NCBI GenBank assembly: GCA_964016885.1
Contig: OZ024751.1
Location: forward strand, 37,386,001-37,450,000
DNA: 64,000 nucleotides
Direction of reading: 5' to 3'
DNA from: Eledone cirrhosa
Lineage: Eukaryota
Shown here in pieces: positions 27,086 through 42,064 of this stretch; position 1 is the stretch's first letter, and every line of letters starts with the position of its first letter. Made by a program: the position numbers and the translations under genes. Under the pieces are notes generated by a model. That model saw only the letters and a list, made by a program, of their open reading frames with translations. It made no database searches and was not told the DNA's origin.

Positions 27086-28903
27086 ATAAGGGGGAGGCAA
27101 TAGATAGAGAGATAGAGAGATAGATAGATAGAGAGAGAGAGAACCAGCTCGAGCAAATACAATACGATTATATATACGCATATATCCACGACATACATAA
27201 TACATATATATGCGCAGATATACAAGTATGTGTAGCACATTAGCGTTTGAGGGCATTTCTTTGCGTGTTTGTCAATGCGCATGTTTATAGATATGAACCT
27301 AAAAAGGAAAAAAAATAACCCCTATAAAGTAAAGCAGAAACAATTTGGAATCACAGGAACGACTAAATCGACGTTGCGTCTTGGTAACTGACTAGCGAGA
27401 TTTATCGATTGTCACTGACTGTAAATTGGCAAAAATGGAAAGACTGAGTGACAGGCTGAAGTGATGAGACGTGAGAACAATACATAAATAGTCGAAGGAT
27501 CAGAGAAAGGCTGAGAGAATAAACATAAATAAAATATAATGAAATGTGCAATGGACCTCTCTCGGTTTCGACAAAGAGTTTTCTAGATGTTTTATCAACG
27601 AAACAACCTACTTTTGCAATAAACGCATGTGTGGCTGAGTATTCCACAGATATGTGCAGCTTTAACTTGTTCTCTGGGCGATTGAGCATGACACAGTATG
27701 TAACAAGTACAGACAAGTACAGACAAGTACAGACAAGTACAGACAAAAAATATGACGGCCTTCACAAACGATCTCAACTGACCCAATTTCATCCTAAGGC
27801 ATCGGTTATTCTAAAACGCTGTAGTACAATATACACTTACAAGATACAATATACCTTTATAATATACTTTTACCGTAGGGTCGTATAGTGGGCCTAATTT
27901 TTGCAAAACAAACTCATCAAAGAGTCACTCATTCTATGCCTTCAATGCAAAGTCAAAATAAAAAATGATCTACAAATGAAACAAGAATAAAAACGTTTGT
28001 AAAGCAACGTTACCGCGAACACATTAGATATCCTCTTATTTAAAAGAGATTATCAAAACATATACATCACAATGCTGTTCGTACCATCTGTAGTATATCG
28101 TAAGAGATGTGAATAATATTAAACTACCACTAACAACGATTTAACTAATTATAAACGTAAGTGTTATTTCAGAAACAAATATACATCCCTTTATGACTGC
28201 GAAACATAATCATTGCGTTGGGTCAAATGTTTTTCAAGCATTTAGGCCAGGTTTTACTTTACTGTTTGAGAATACTTTCCTTCACCCTATTCCTTAATGT
28301 AGATGGCCTTTAAAAAAGCGTTATGTGCACTGCCCTATTAGGCTACTGGGTAGCATTTCATGAAAAGCACCACCACACCTCTACTTTCTTTAATTCTAAA
28401 AGCTTCCATTTGTCATTAAACAGTTTCGTTAATGAAAACTAATAATATCGAAAACTATTCGGATTCGTCAGCAGACTACGAGATAACATAAACTATTATT
28501 TATAAAGCAAAGAAAATGTCAGGTAGAACGACACCAACACACTTTATTGCTATGGGCGAATCCTACGTTAAACGTCGTTTCATCAGTGTTAAATCTAACT
28601 CCATGATCGAGACAGTTCTGAATGTCACATATTAAAACAAACACATATGCCATTTCTAAGAGGGATATAGTGATCATTCAGCGCACAACTAGTCAGAGTC
28701 AAACAAAGCATGGCTGGCCTGCCTAGATATAAACTATGACAAACTATCTATGTGAAAAACGTGATTTATAATGAAAAGGAAAACAAATTCCAACTAACAT
28801 ACACTTCTTTCAGAGGGACAAATATAAATGTACAATGCCTTCAAGGACAACGAAGTAATGGAAGGATGGGTGATTTTGAACAGAAGTAACAATTATGTAC
28901 CAT

Positions 28904-28949
<46 letters not shown>

Positions 28950-28958
28950 AAGAGAGAA

Positions 28959-29028
<70 letters not shown>

Positions 29029-29379
29029 TTTGTACGTATACACGTGTATATAAGCCAGGAGCATTTACATGAATGTATTATATGAATATCTTTTTGACGT
29101 ATCAATCATAGGAAATTATCTCACAAAAGAGTTTTTATGTAAGTGATCTAAGTGAACAAACGTATGACAGATTCATATATATATATATATAGATATATAG
29201 ATATATAGATATATATACAAGTGTGTGTGTATTTCATACTATAAGTTTCTGATGTTTAGTAATATGACAACAGATACTCTCATTTGCTTATATCTATATA
29301 CAAAGAAAACTAATATGGAAATTGACATATATATAAATATAAATATAATGTATATATATATATATATATATAAATATAA

Positions 29380-29417
<38 letters not shown>

Positions 29418-29432
29418 CACCACTCAGCCATG

Positions 29433-29465
<33 letters not shown>

Positions 29466-29466
29466 A

Positions 29467-29517
<51 letters not shown>

Positions 29518-29524
29518 GTATATA

Positions 29525-29558
<34 letters not shown>

Positions 29559-29572
29559 CGTATATATATATG

Positions 29573-29621
<49 letters not shown>

Positions 29622-29665
29622 GTATATATATATATATACATATATATACATGTATATATAGATAT

Positions 29666-29780
29666 GCATGGCTGAGTGGTAAGAGAATTGAACTCTCAAT
29701 CGTGAGGTTGTGAGTTCGATTCCTGGACCGGGCGATGCGTTATGTCCTTGAGCAAGACACTTTATTTCACGTTGTTCCTT
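29666..29780 (+). mobile_element. tRNA-derived SINE (family B), 5' part
   Basis: A-box TGGCTGAGTGG, B-box GAGTTCGATTCC, followed by TGTCCTTGAGCAAGACACTT. Confidence 0.7.
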
Positions 29781-30005
29781 CTACCTGGAGTTGCGACCGA
29801 TAGATAGTATTAGCAATTGGAAATCCCAATGGAAACATTGTTTCCTCGGTCTGTTTTGACGAAAGTCAATCGACTGTCATATATGCATATATATATATAT
29901 ATGCATGTATATGTATATATATATATATGCGTATATATATATGTGCGTGCGTGTGTGCGTATATATATTTGTGTGTGTGTGTATTTATATTTACGTGTGT
30001 ATATA

Positions 30006-30041
<36 letters not shown>

Positions 30042-30470
30042 TATCCGTGCATATATGTGTGTATGTGTGTATGTATGTATGTGGGTGTGTTTGTGTATAT
30101 ATTCATGTGTGTATGGGTATACATGTTTCCACACAGTGTGAAGCATAAATAGGCTGCGCATACCAATGTGACGAGGACATAATAAATGGTGCATGCAATT
30201 ATTAAACAACTCTTATTATAAAACATACATTGGCTTTGTTGAAATTTTATTTACTACGACTGTAAAAATATGCCAAAATTATCGTCTGCTTTTCTTTTCA
30301 TTAATGATTCAAAAATTGACTTTCATCACGTAAACTAGGTTTCTATAGAAGAATTTCTATGAAGCCCTACTTATGTCTACTGAGATTCCATCGACTTTAT
30401 ATATGTCTACTGTTGTCTCTCTAGTTCTTTTTGGTATATATGTATATATGGGTGTATGCGTATATATGTA

Positions 30471-30580
<110 letters not shown>

Positions 30581-30685
30581 TACGCATACACCCATATATT
30601 TATATATGTGAATATGTATGTATAAATATTGATATATGTATATTCATGTCTGTGTGTATATGTATGTATATTTATATTTATGTCC

Positions 30686-30743
<58 letters not shown>

Positions 30744-30882
30744 TTATGTCTATGTGTATACGTATGTATGATTATATTTATCTGTGTGTATATATATATA
30801 TATATATTTATGTGTGTATATGTATATCTATATATATGTGTATATTTATGTGTGAGTGCATATGCGTTTATATGGGTGTGTT

Positions 30883-30935
<53 letters not shown>

Positions 30936-31490
30936 GCCCATTTATCGCCTTCCACCGTCCATCATCCCTATCCTACAATACAATCCACACACAATCCACA
31001 CACACACACACACACCCCGCATACATTCCATAGTATAGTCCCCACACATTCACATACATTCCACATGTTGCCCAGCAACCACAGCTTCTCAACTTCAAAA
31101 ACATGAGAATAAATAAAAGGGATGAAACTCTCTCTACAATCAGTTCTTAATCTATATTCTCATTTAACAAAGCACATTATCTACAGCAGTCTGTGGTTAG
31201 TATTGTTGTTGTTGTTAGTAGTAGTGTTGTTGTTGTTAGTAGTAGTGTTGTTGTTGTTAGTAGTGTTGTTGTTAGTCGTGTTATTAGTAGTATTGTTATT
31301 ATCGTTGTTTATACTTCTAATATTGCTATTCCTATTACCATTGTTGTTGTTATTATTGTTAGTAGTAAACCCCACAGTCCGTCTTTGTATTGTCCTCTAC
31401 ATGTCGACCCCTGTGGCCAATAAATGTTGCTGGCCTTGTGCCAAAAGTAGAAACAATTATTATTAGTACTTTTAGTATATTAGTATTTTA

Positions 31491-32118
31491 GGCCGGTGTG
31501 TTGGCAGTCTCGGTAGAGGGTCGGACGCCATGCTTTGCAGCAAAGAGTTACGTCCCTTTACGGTATGAGTTCAAATCCCGCCGAGGTTAACTTTGCCTTT
31601 CATCCTTACGGGGTCGATAAAAATAAAATACCAGTAATACACTGGGATAATTGCTGGCCTTGTGCCAAAAGTAGAAACAATTATTATTATTATTTTTATT
31701 GGATTGGCAATATCGATAGAGTGTCGGACAATATGCTTTGCAGCATAAAGTTACGACCCTTTATGTTCCTAGTTCAAATCCCGCCCAGGTTAATTTTACC
31801 TTTCATCTCTGCAGTCTCGATAAAATAAAGTACCAGTAACGCACACGGGTCGATTTAATAGACATTCTCCTACCTCCCAAACTGTTAGACTTGTGCCTAA
31901 ATCAGAAACCATTATTAGTATTCTTATCGGTGGATTGGCAGTATCGGTAGAGGGTCGGATGCCATGCTTTAACGCATAGAGTTACGGCCCTTGCCATTCT
32001 GAGTTCAAATCCCGCCGAGGTTAACTTTGCCTTTCATCCTTACGGGGGTTGATAAAATAAAGTACCAGTAACGCACTGGGATAATTGCTGGCCTTGTGCC
32101 TAAAGTAGAAACAATTGT
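31491..32118 (+). mobile_element. Three head-to-tail SINE family A copies
   Basis: B-box/core units near 31567, 31771 and 32000, each ending GTGCC...AGAAAC(A/C)ATT. Confidence 0.85.
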
Positions 32119-32776
32119 TATAAGTGTTGCAGTTATTACTGTTATTATTGTTATTGTTATCACGTCATTTCTCTTGTTGTTGTTGTTGCTATTGTTGATG
32201 ATCAGCTAAATATGTCTATAATTATATTTCCACCCAATTTCCTATTACTCACATTTATGACAATTCTCTGAACTACTTTTCAGTTCTCGTTTGTTTATAT
32301 ATTTCTATTGTATTTTGTAAACTTTCCTTTCTCCTCTTTTTATTTATTTTTTAATGTTCTTTTACAATATTTTTCTTATTCTATTTTTACTCCTCTCCGA
32401 TTGCTATTTTTTCTTATATATATATATATATGATATATATGTATATATATATTTTAATAAATATATATATATATATTTTAATAAATATATATACATATAC
32501 ATACATATATAAATTCTTACACACACACACACATTATATATATATATATATATACCGGTTTTCACATTTTTACACCTTATTTATGAAAAATACTTTAAAA
32601 TACAAGGGAGATAATAGAGGCTTTGATGAAAATAAACATGTTTGTTATGCTAGTGTTTGATATAGATATATATCTATATATATATATCTATATATCTATA
32701 TATATCTATATATCTATATATATATATATATCTATATATATATATGAGAGAGAGAGATAGAGAGAGAGAGAGAGAT

Positions 32777-32809
<33 letters not shown>

Positions 32810-32866
32810 TAAAGAGAGAGAGATAGAGAGAGAGAGAGATAGAGAGAGAGAGATAGAGAGTGATAG

Positions 32867-32903
<37 letters not shown>

Positions 32904-32955
32904 TAGAGAGATAGAGAGAGAGAGTTGATTGACAAAAACACTTTGAGAGATAAGA

Positions 32956-33135
32956 AATAATTGTTTCTACTTTAGGCACAAGGCCACCAATTACCCCAGT
33001 GCATTACTGGTACTTTATTTTATCGACCCCGTAAGGATGAAAGGCAAAGTTAACCTCAGCGGGATTTGAACTCAGATCGTAAAGGGACGTAACTATGCTT
33101 GAAAGCATGGCGTCCGACCCTCTAACGTTGCTGCC
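32956..33135 (-). mobile_element. SINE family A
   Basis: Reverse complement of the family A consensus. Confidence 0.8.
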
Positions 33136-34749
33136 AAAGAAATAATCATAATAATCATAATGAGGATAACATGAAGATGAAGACGACGATATTGTGATGA
33201 TTATAATATTGATGAGGACGTCAACGGGGATTATAATGGTAAGTGTTTCTAATTTAGGCATTATCCTGTGATATAAGATAGGGAGGTGTGTGGTTTACCT
33301 CGCCAATAGTTCTTATAATCACAAAGAATAAGATTTATATTGTAAAAATGTATGTAGGGTTAAACCAACAGAACCGTATATATTATCTGATCAGCGACAC
33401 TATATTTCGATGTTCTAAACCAGCGAATATTGATACATAATTAACTCTTTAAAATTATGTTCACTCATATCAAATAATTAGCATAACTTAATTAAATCAT
33501 CAATGAATAATTTAAATAAAAAAGAGAAATATCTAAAATTTAAATTAATAATCAGACGATATGACGTGTTGGTTGATATCCTATAAATTGATTTAAAGCA
33601 ATATCAGGATTTATGCATATGGGAATATTTTATATACCGAAGCTATGTCGGGTCACCATCTTCAAAGGATTTTCATTGATTATATCGAACCTGGTACAAT
33701 TTTTATCGTCACATTTTGTCGAGCTACTAAATTATCACACACACATATCCTCACATCCTCACATATACACATTAGATTTCCTCACAGTCTACATCAACCA
33801 ATTTTCAAGTGAAAAGCATTAGTCAAGCCAAGGTATAGTAAAGTATACTTTCACAAGAGACCGCATGCATCGTCACAGGATTACGAATCGGTCTCATTAA
33901 ACGTAGGGCGATGTCTGGTTGAAAGCAGAAATTGTTTGCTTACACTTTAAATGTACTCATAATACTTATTTGGTCTACATATTTTTATATACACTTATAT
34001 ATATATATATATACATATATATAACCCTTATCGAGTCATCTGTGGATGTTGGCCTTAGTATTTATTAATACTATATACATGTATATGTATATAACGTGTG
34101 TATGCATTCAGAAGGAGGAATTTCAAAGAGATTTGCTTCAATATTCCTTCACGCAACTCTGCACTTCTTATTCATGTATCTCAGCGAATCTCTATATTCA
34201 AATAAAGATGTTTGCACTTCATTGGGGAAATTTATTTCAAGTGAAAATTAAACGTATTGCTTCTTTCTTTCATCTGTATTTTTTTTATAATTTTCATTTC
34301 ATTTGCTTCAATCCTCCTTTCTACAAGATAATTTCATAGTGGCAGCCATTTTTTCTGTTATCTTTGTGTAATGAATAATGAATGATCTATTTCCTACTGT
34401 CTCTCGGGTATGACAGCGTCTTGCAGTAGCAACATGACTTCAAGTTTTGTCATGTGTCATGCTAGCTTATTATTCAGGTGACATTCCCGCCGGCTCTCTT
34501 CTACAGAATATAAAATTGTATATGAATAGAACCATTTAACGAATTTCTTTCTTCTTTTTTCCTTTCTTTCATCTCTCTCTCCCCCCCCCCTCTCTCCCTC
34601 GCTCGCTCTCTCACACAGCGAATACGAACTGTACAATAGAAGACTATATGGGAAGAAATCAGTAAATCACATTTATCATAACATTGTTTTCATTTAATTT
34701 ATCTATGTCCTCTGCATTAAACATATATATGTTGGACCGCCACCAGTTT

Positions 34750-35040
34750 CGACGACGACGTGTCTTTCAGTTCTTTGAACGGCAGCACTGATTGTTCAGA
34801 AAATCTACGTGCAAGTGTCTTAGCATCCCAAAGATTGTTTTTAACATAGTTCTCAGTGACATTTAGTATTAAGCATTGTATGACAAAGCTGGTCATTTGA
34901 AATAGAAGCTACAACTCATTTTTTTTTCAGCTGAATGGACTGGATCAACGGGAAATTGTGTGTCTTGGTGAAGGACACAATACAGGTGAGAATCGCTGGT
35001 GATCAGATCATCAGCGAAACACTATAACCACAAAGCCACA
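34750..35040 (-). mobile_element. SINE family B, diverged
   Basis: Similar to 45985-46263 (GACAA.GCTGG..ATTTGAA...AACTCATT...CAGCTGA.TGGAC.GGA...TAACCACAAAGCCA). Confidence 0.55.
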
Positions 35041-35518
35041 AGATCTTATAGGTTTTGTGTAGCGGAATGATGGAATATATTGAAAAAGCTACAGAAGAGA
35101 AATTGTTACAAAAGATGAAGGGGGAATCAAAGACGACATAAAGAAATCGTGAGCAGTCAAATGGACTACTGATGAGTTGTTTATGTCGTACTTATATTAT
35201 TAATATATATATATATATATATATACATACAACAAGACGCGTCGGGTCGGCCCCCTGTATCAAGGAATGGAAATCATTTTCGATGAAGTTATTGGATTTT
35301 TCCAAATTAAAAATTTGTTGTTTCTTTTAGGAACTTACATTGTTGTTATAGGTTTATAGCTGTCCGAAGAGCTCAGGCTATCATAACTGATAGTCCTCAC
35401 CGAAATGTGTATAACGGAGTTTCAAATAAACACGAAGCTTTTATATATTAAATATTTATACTCTGCTTTGTATTGAGTACCTTACTTACTGTGGTTACCT
35501 CAGATTGAACCCGGGATA

Positions 35519-35587
<69 letters not shown>

Positions 35588-35591
<4 letters not shown>

Positions 35592-36004
35592 ATGAAATGA
35601 CAGGAGGTTGAATTTGTGTAAATCCTTGAAAGGTTTATTATACTATGATCATTTCAATGACCGGGTTCCGTATGAATCCGGTGATATCATCAGGTATTCG
35701 AAATATAATACGTGAATGTAATAGATAAAATCCATGGGGCTGAAAATCGAGGACCGGAGGGCGACCGCGACTCTGTTCCTTCAACCTCAGCCGGTCGCCC
35801 TCTGAGGTTGAAGGAACAGAGTAGCGGTCGCCCTCCGGTCCTCGATTTTCAGCCCCATGGATTTTATCTATTACATTCACGTATTATATTTCGAATACCT
35901 GATGATATCACCGGATTCATACGGAACCCGGTCATTGAAATGATCATAGTATAATAAACCTTTCAAGGATTTACACAAATCCAGCCTCCTATCATTTCAT
36001 TATA
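35588..36004. mobile_element. ~415-bp near-perfect palindrome of a PLE-type pLTR carrying two mirrored hammerheads
   Basis: ORFs 35638-35880(-) and 35712-35954(+) are mirror images; centre ~35796. Confidence 0.8.
35895..35952 (+). ncRNA. Type I hammerhead ribozyme (mirror copy at 35640-35697, minus strand)
   Basis: ATAC-CTGATGA-tat-cACCGGATTCatacgGAACCCGGTcatt-GAAA-TGATCA-TA-GTAT. Confidence 0.6.
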
Positions 36005-36159
36005 ATATTTAACTCCGTAATAGCACCACCAACTACAAAAACAAAGATGGTTGAACTGCCTTACGTTGAGTACTCTCTATATTATTGCATTACGAATGAC
36101 CATACGGAATAGACCAGCTCTATACAGTGGTGAACCTCAAACCTGAATATATATATATA

Positions 36160-36346
36160 TATAAGTTTATCCCGGGTTCAATCTGAGGGAACCACAGTAA
36201 GTAAGGTACTCAATACAAAGCAGAGTATACATATTTAATATATAAAAGCTACTACAGGACTAGAACTGTTTCATTCGGGAGAAATCATTAGGAAGCCCTG
36301 ATGATTTCTCCCGAATCAAAAAGTTCTAGTCTTGTAGAACCTTTTC

Positions 36347-36350
<4 letters not shown>
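36160..36350. mobile_element. Short hammerhead-family element in fold-back form, both ribozyme copies mutated; same family as 35436-35525 and 44420-44552
   Basis: Minus arm has CTAATGA in place of CTGATGA; plus arm has CAAA in place of GAAA; centre near 36295. Confidence 0.65.
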
Positions 36351-36390
<40 letters not shown>

Positions 36391-37060
36391 ATAGGGAGAA
36401 AAAGACGATTATTAGGAAGAAAAATATATTTTTTTCCTTTTTTTCTCTTTTTTCTGGGTTAGAAAATGTTTAAAACAAAATATTTTTCTTTGTGTGAAGT
36501 GTTAATGTATTAGTTTATTTATTTATTAATTAACAATGTCATTCATTTATTTATTTATTTATTTATATATTTAATAATTGTCTATTACCGGTTTCAGCAT
36601 TTTATGCATTATCAAATTATCACATTATTTTCTCTCCAACATTTTATACCAATACAAATTCTCCCATTTGATAAGGAAAAAGGGGGTTACAAATACGAAG
36701 ATGTATATCAATGTTAAGAACAAGCAATGCTACTTTGTAATAAACAAGAAAATACGTTAACGAGACTGAAACATGCAAAAGTATAAGAGAATGAGACAAA
36801 ATGTTGAGGTATGAGGGAGCCTTCACTTCTGGTTGTAGTTGCCGCATTTATCAACAAACACTAACACACACAACGTAATTAGAAAGCAGACACGGTATTG
36901 TGGTTGCGTAACTGTGGCGGGTTTTTCAATTACCGAAACACTACAACTAACAGTTTTCTATATACGTTACATCTACTCTAATTCACACATGAGGTTTGAT
37001 AACATTTCAAATACAAACACATCTATGACTATCGTTATTATATATATATATATATATATA

Positions 37061-37250
37061 GGAACAACTATGACCCCGACGGCAGAGCTCAAGCCGTTTC
37101 GACGGCTAATTCAGTCCAGAATTAGCCGTCGAAACGGCTTGAGCTCTGCCGTCGGGTCATACTTGTTCCTATTACCCACTCTACTACTATAAGTATTGAG
37201 TACTTTGGTGCGTTATGGTCCATCTGGTTCCTTACCACATTTCCTTCGTT
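37061..37250 (+). mobile_element. Fold-back PLE-type element with hammerhead 3' halves
   Basis: ~50-bp inverted arms around loop AGTCCA; each arm has GTC-GAAA-CGGC...GCCG-TC; (TA)n flanks. Confidence 0.7.
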
Positions 37251-37323
37251 ATATATATATACATACATATATATATATATATTGTTATACTTGTTTCGAC
37301 ACGATTTCATATCAAAAACCTTG

Positions 37324-37412
<89 letters not shown>

Positions 37413-37485
37413 TGTGTGTGCGTAGTATATTTAGTAATATACCGTATATTTAGTTAAAAACATTTAAAAGACGATTCGCTATCGT

Positions 37486-37519
<34 letters not shown>

Positions 37520-38429
37520 ACGATATATATATATAATAACTATCGTTATATCAATATATATGTATATATACATACGTGTACGTGTGTGTGTTTGTGTGTA
37601 AGAGTGTGTAGACTTACGCACACGTTGATTATTATCAATTGTTATTCACACTAAAATACTACATCTGTCCGATCTTACGAATCATAAAATTTAGAAATAT
37701 TCTCATGTATAAGTGAATATATTTGTAATGCGTGTGTGCGGAAACGAAGCCAAGTACGTCACTGCCTGTGTTGATGTGTGTGTGTGTTTGTGTGGTTATG
37801 AGTATGAATATTAATACGTGTGTCTGTGTATGTCTCTGAGCGTTATCGTGTGCATGTCTTGTACATGAGCTTGTATTTGTGAATATTTATGTGTGAGATT
37901 GTGTGTGTCTCTCTCTGTGAGCTTGTGCTTGTGTGTGTATGTCTCTTTGAATAAGTGTATATGAGTATATAATAAGTGAAAGTGAATAAGCGTGTATGAG
38001 ATTGTGCTTGTGTGTGTGTGTGTGTGTATGTCTCTGAGCTTGTGAATGTGTGCTTGTGAATGTGAATAAGTGTATGTATGTATGTATATAGCCACACGAG
38101 TAGCTATATACGTAATTGTATTTCTGTGTCTGTGTGTATGTATTCTATTTTGATTCTTCACCTCCACGTATGTTAATCCCGGCACAGTAACATTGCACCT
38201 TCTGCCTAAGTGAAGTGTCAGGCGCTGTTGTGTTTTATTATTATGATTCAAGGTTACATGATAGCAGATTTCAAAAATAGGTCTGCAGTTTTGATTTGCG
38301 AGTGCTAAATCTGTGACTGCAGAAAACTAGTGCAGGTTGCAGTCGTGTTATGTTAGCTGTACAGCAAACAGGTTATTCATCAGTGATCTGTCTTATCTGA
38401 GTGTACGTGACTAGGTTTATGTATGTGTA

Positions 38430-38500
<71 letters not shown>

Positions 38501-40358
38501 GTGTGTGTGTGTTTGGCGTGAAGTTCTGTGCATGTATGTGTATGTCTTTATATGTGTCGTGAAGTTTATGTGTGTTATGAAGAGCGTGTGTGTGTGTGCC
38601 GTGAAGAGATTGTGTGTGTCTTGAAGTGAAGTGTATGTGTATTATGAAGAGAGTGTGTGTGTATTATGAAGAGAGTGTGTGTGTTTGGGTCATGAAGTGT
38701 CTCTGCGTGGGTCGTGAAGTTAGTATGTGTGGAGGTCATGAAGTGTGTGTGTGTGTGTGTGTGCGTGTGGGAGGATGCCGTGAAGTGTGTGTGTGAAACT
38801 GTAAGCATGTTCACGTGTGTGTGTATTTAAAGAGAATGTGTCTGTGAGCCATGTCTGTTTAGATTTTGCATTTGAATGACCTTGTGTATATATTTGTGTA
38901 TTTGTGCGACTAAAGATGTGTGTACATATCTATATTGTTAGATGTGTATGTCAGTGTGTCAGTGGGTGTGTGAATTTTATGGAGCATGTATAAGTGTGTG
39001 TTTATGTGTCTATATGTATATGTGAGTACGTGTGTGAATATCTCGGTGTGCGTGTGAATAACTGTTTGTGAGTGTGTGAGTATGCGTCTAATTATGTATA
39101 TGTAAATATGTGTGAATTTATGTGTGAATGTATGTGTAAATGTGCGTGTGAATGTGCGTGTGTGAATGTGTGTGAATGTGTGTGTGTGAATATGTGTGTG
39201 TGAATATGTGTGTGTGAATGTGTGTGTGTGAATGTGTGTGTGTGAATGTGTGTGTGTGCATGTGTGTCTGAATGTGTGTGTGTCAGTTTGTTCTTGTGTA
39301 TATAAGAACATACGTGTGCGCGTGTGTGTTCAAATGTATGTGATTGCGTGTGCGTGTGCGTGTGTGTGTGTACATGTATAGGTTTTCGAGTTGGGATATA
39401 AATATTAACGAATATGAGTGTGTTTATGTGTGAGGATGCATGTGTGAGTGTGTGTGTGTGCATAGCTATATATGTGAGCGTGTGTGTGTGCATATCTATA
39501 TATGTTAGCCTGTGTGTGTGTGAGAGAGTTTGTGTGCGTGTGTGTGTGAGAGAGTTTGTGTGTGTGTGTGCATGCGTGTGCGTGTGCGTGTGCACGTGTG
39601 CGTGTGCGTGTGTGTGTATAAGCATTTGTGTAGATCGTGCATGAGGGGATGTGTTTGTGTAAGCGAGTGAATATCTGTGAATGTGCGGGTGTGCCCGCAT
39701 ATGTTTGTATGTGTGTGTGTCTGTGTATGTGTGTGTGTGTGTATGTGCAATTGTGTGTGTGTGCAATTGTGTGTGTGTGTGTGTGTTTGTGCGGTTAGCT
39801 TGTTTTGAAGTGATGGGAAGTGAAATGAACAGAAGATTTGTTTCGCGAACGAGGCAGCCAGCACTGTTAATATTAGATCGATACTACACTCAAGTGACCT
39901 TTGGCATACATCGATTGCATTGCTAGAATTGTGCTGCTTTATTTTCTGACGTCAGAGCTAGAAACCGATAGAAGCGACCACTTTAATATGTAAGAGACGA
40001 GAGGGCAAAAGGAGAACAAGGCGCCAGGAATGAGGGAACGTGGACGTTTGTTTGGGTGTGATGTAATATGGGTTTGTATCAACTTCAGATGAAGTTACCT
40101 TAAAATATCTGACGTGTTTGGAAAATCTTTTACCATTTCACACGTTTACCTGTCCGGGCCCCGGGGTTGAGGCCATGCTGGTGCACCGGCATGCATGTCT
40201 GTAGTATATATATAATATATATATATATCATCATCATCATTTATTCATCATCATTTTTACGTCCGCTCTTCCCAGCTCGTAATATATGTATATATGTATG
40301 TGTATATATGGATATATACATATATATACATACATACATATATATATATAGATATATG

Positions 40359-40476
<118 letters not shown>

Positions 40477-40492
40477 CATACATATATATATG

Positions 40493-40551
<59 letters not shown>

Positions 40552-40616
40552 GTATGTATATATGTATATATATATATGTATATATATATGTATATATATA
40601 TATGTATATATATATG

Positions 40617-40689
<73 letters not shown>

Positions 40690-40696
40690 GTATATA

Positions 40697-40876
<180 letters not shown>

Positions 40877-41055
40877 CTTGTGTGTCGGTTTCTAGACGGG
40901 TCAGAAATCGTGTCAGTAAAACTCCACTACATAACAAACATACTCGTAATACACCCATTTTGCTCGTGTGTGTGTATATTAATAGGTATTCTAAGATAGA
41001 CGCAAGTAAGTACACCACATACACCAATACACACACACACACACACACACACACA

Positions 41056-41089
<34 letters not shown>

Positions 41090-41232
41090 GGTGGGCTCCT
41101 GATATCTGTTGGGATGTAACCAGAGCTAAAATCTGTACGAAATGCGTAAGAGTATAATCCATCTAGATTTCATTATAGAAATGCAGGAAATTTTATAATA
41201 AATACACACACACAAACATATATATATATATA

Positions 41233-41309
41233 CAGGATGTCCCAGAAAGATGTATACACACTTTGATTAGAAAGCTCTTAAAGTGAGTATTCATTTTTGG
41301 GACACCCTG
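41233..41309. mobile_element. Tc1/mariner-type MITE
   Basis: TIRs CAGGATGTCCCAGAAAGATG / CATTTTTGGGACACCCTG with TA on both sides. Confidence 0.7.
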
Positions 41310-41457
41310 TATATATATATATATATAATATATATATCAATAGTTATAAAAATTTGATAGATTCAACAAAATAAGCAAAGTAATAATCACTTGATGTTAA
41401 AATTATGCCGAATATTATAAAACAATGTGTATATTATATATATATATATATATATAA

Positions 41458-41628
41458 CAAAGAAACACACCAGAGTACTCAATACTTAGGGTAGTAGAGA
41501 GGGTAGTAGAGTGGGAAATAGGAAAAAATATGACACCGACGGCAGAGCTCAAGCCGTTTCGACGGCTATTTCAGTCCAGAAATAGCCGTCGAAATGGCTT
41601 GAGCTCTGCCGTCGGGGTCATACTTGTT

Positions 41629-41630
<2 letters not shown>
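41458..41630 (-). mobile_element. Fold-back element of the same family as 37061-37250
   Basis: Same arms and AGTCCA loop; long tail lies on the left. Confidence 0.7.
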
Positions 41631-41681
<51 letters not shown>

Positions 41682-41984
41682 GTAGAGAGAGTAACGGGCA
41701 CACAGACACATTGTTGTATATAAATACGAAACATCGAAGTCTCGGTCAAGCTTTTTCATCTGAAAAATAAATTCTATAATCTACTTAAAGCTTTCGAGTG
41801 GCTTTTCAGAAAATGTTGCGTTTTATTTAGCATTATACATAATACACACATTCAGTAATATATATATATATATATTATACATACGTGTGTTTATATATAA
41901 TATAATATATATATATATATGTATATAAATATATACATACATGTCTGTATATATAAATAGGTATGTATGTATATATGCATATAC

Positions 41985-42064
<80 letters not shown>

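Noticed and set aside
29666-29735. tRNA gene-like A/B boxes here and in SINE family A heads
   Set aside because: No complete cloverleaf, and they run directly into multi-copy SINE bodies.
34335-34510. Possible regulatory island (GCCATTTT, GTAGCAAC motifs)
   Set aside because: Short motifs are expected by chance, and no gene or TSS is visible.
35712-35954. Mirrored 80-aa ORFs
   Set aside because: By-product of the palindrome, with non-ATG starts and no recognisable domain.
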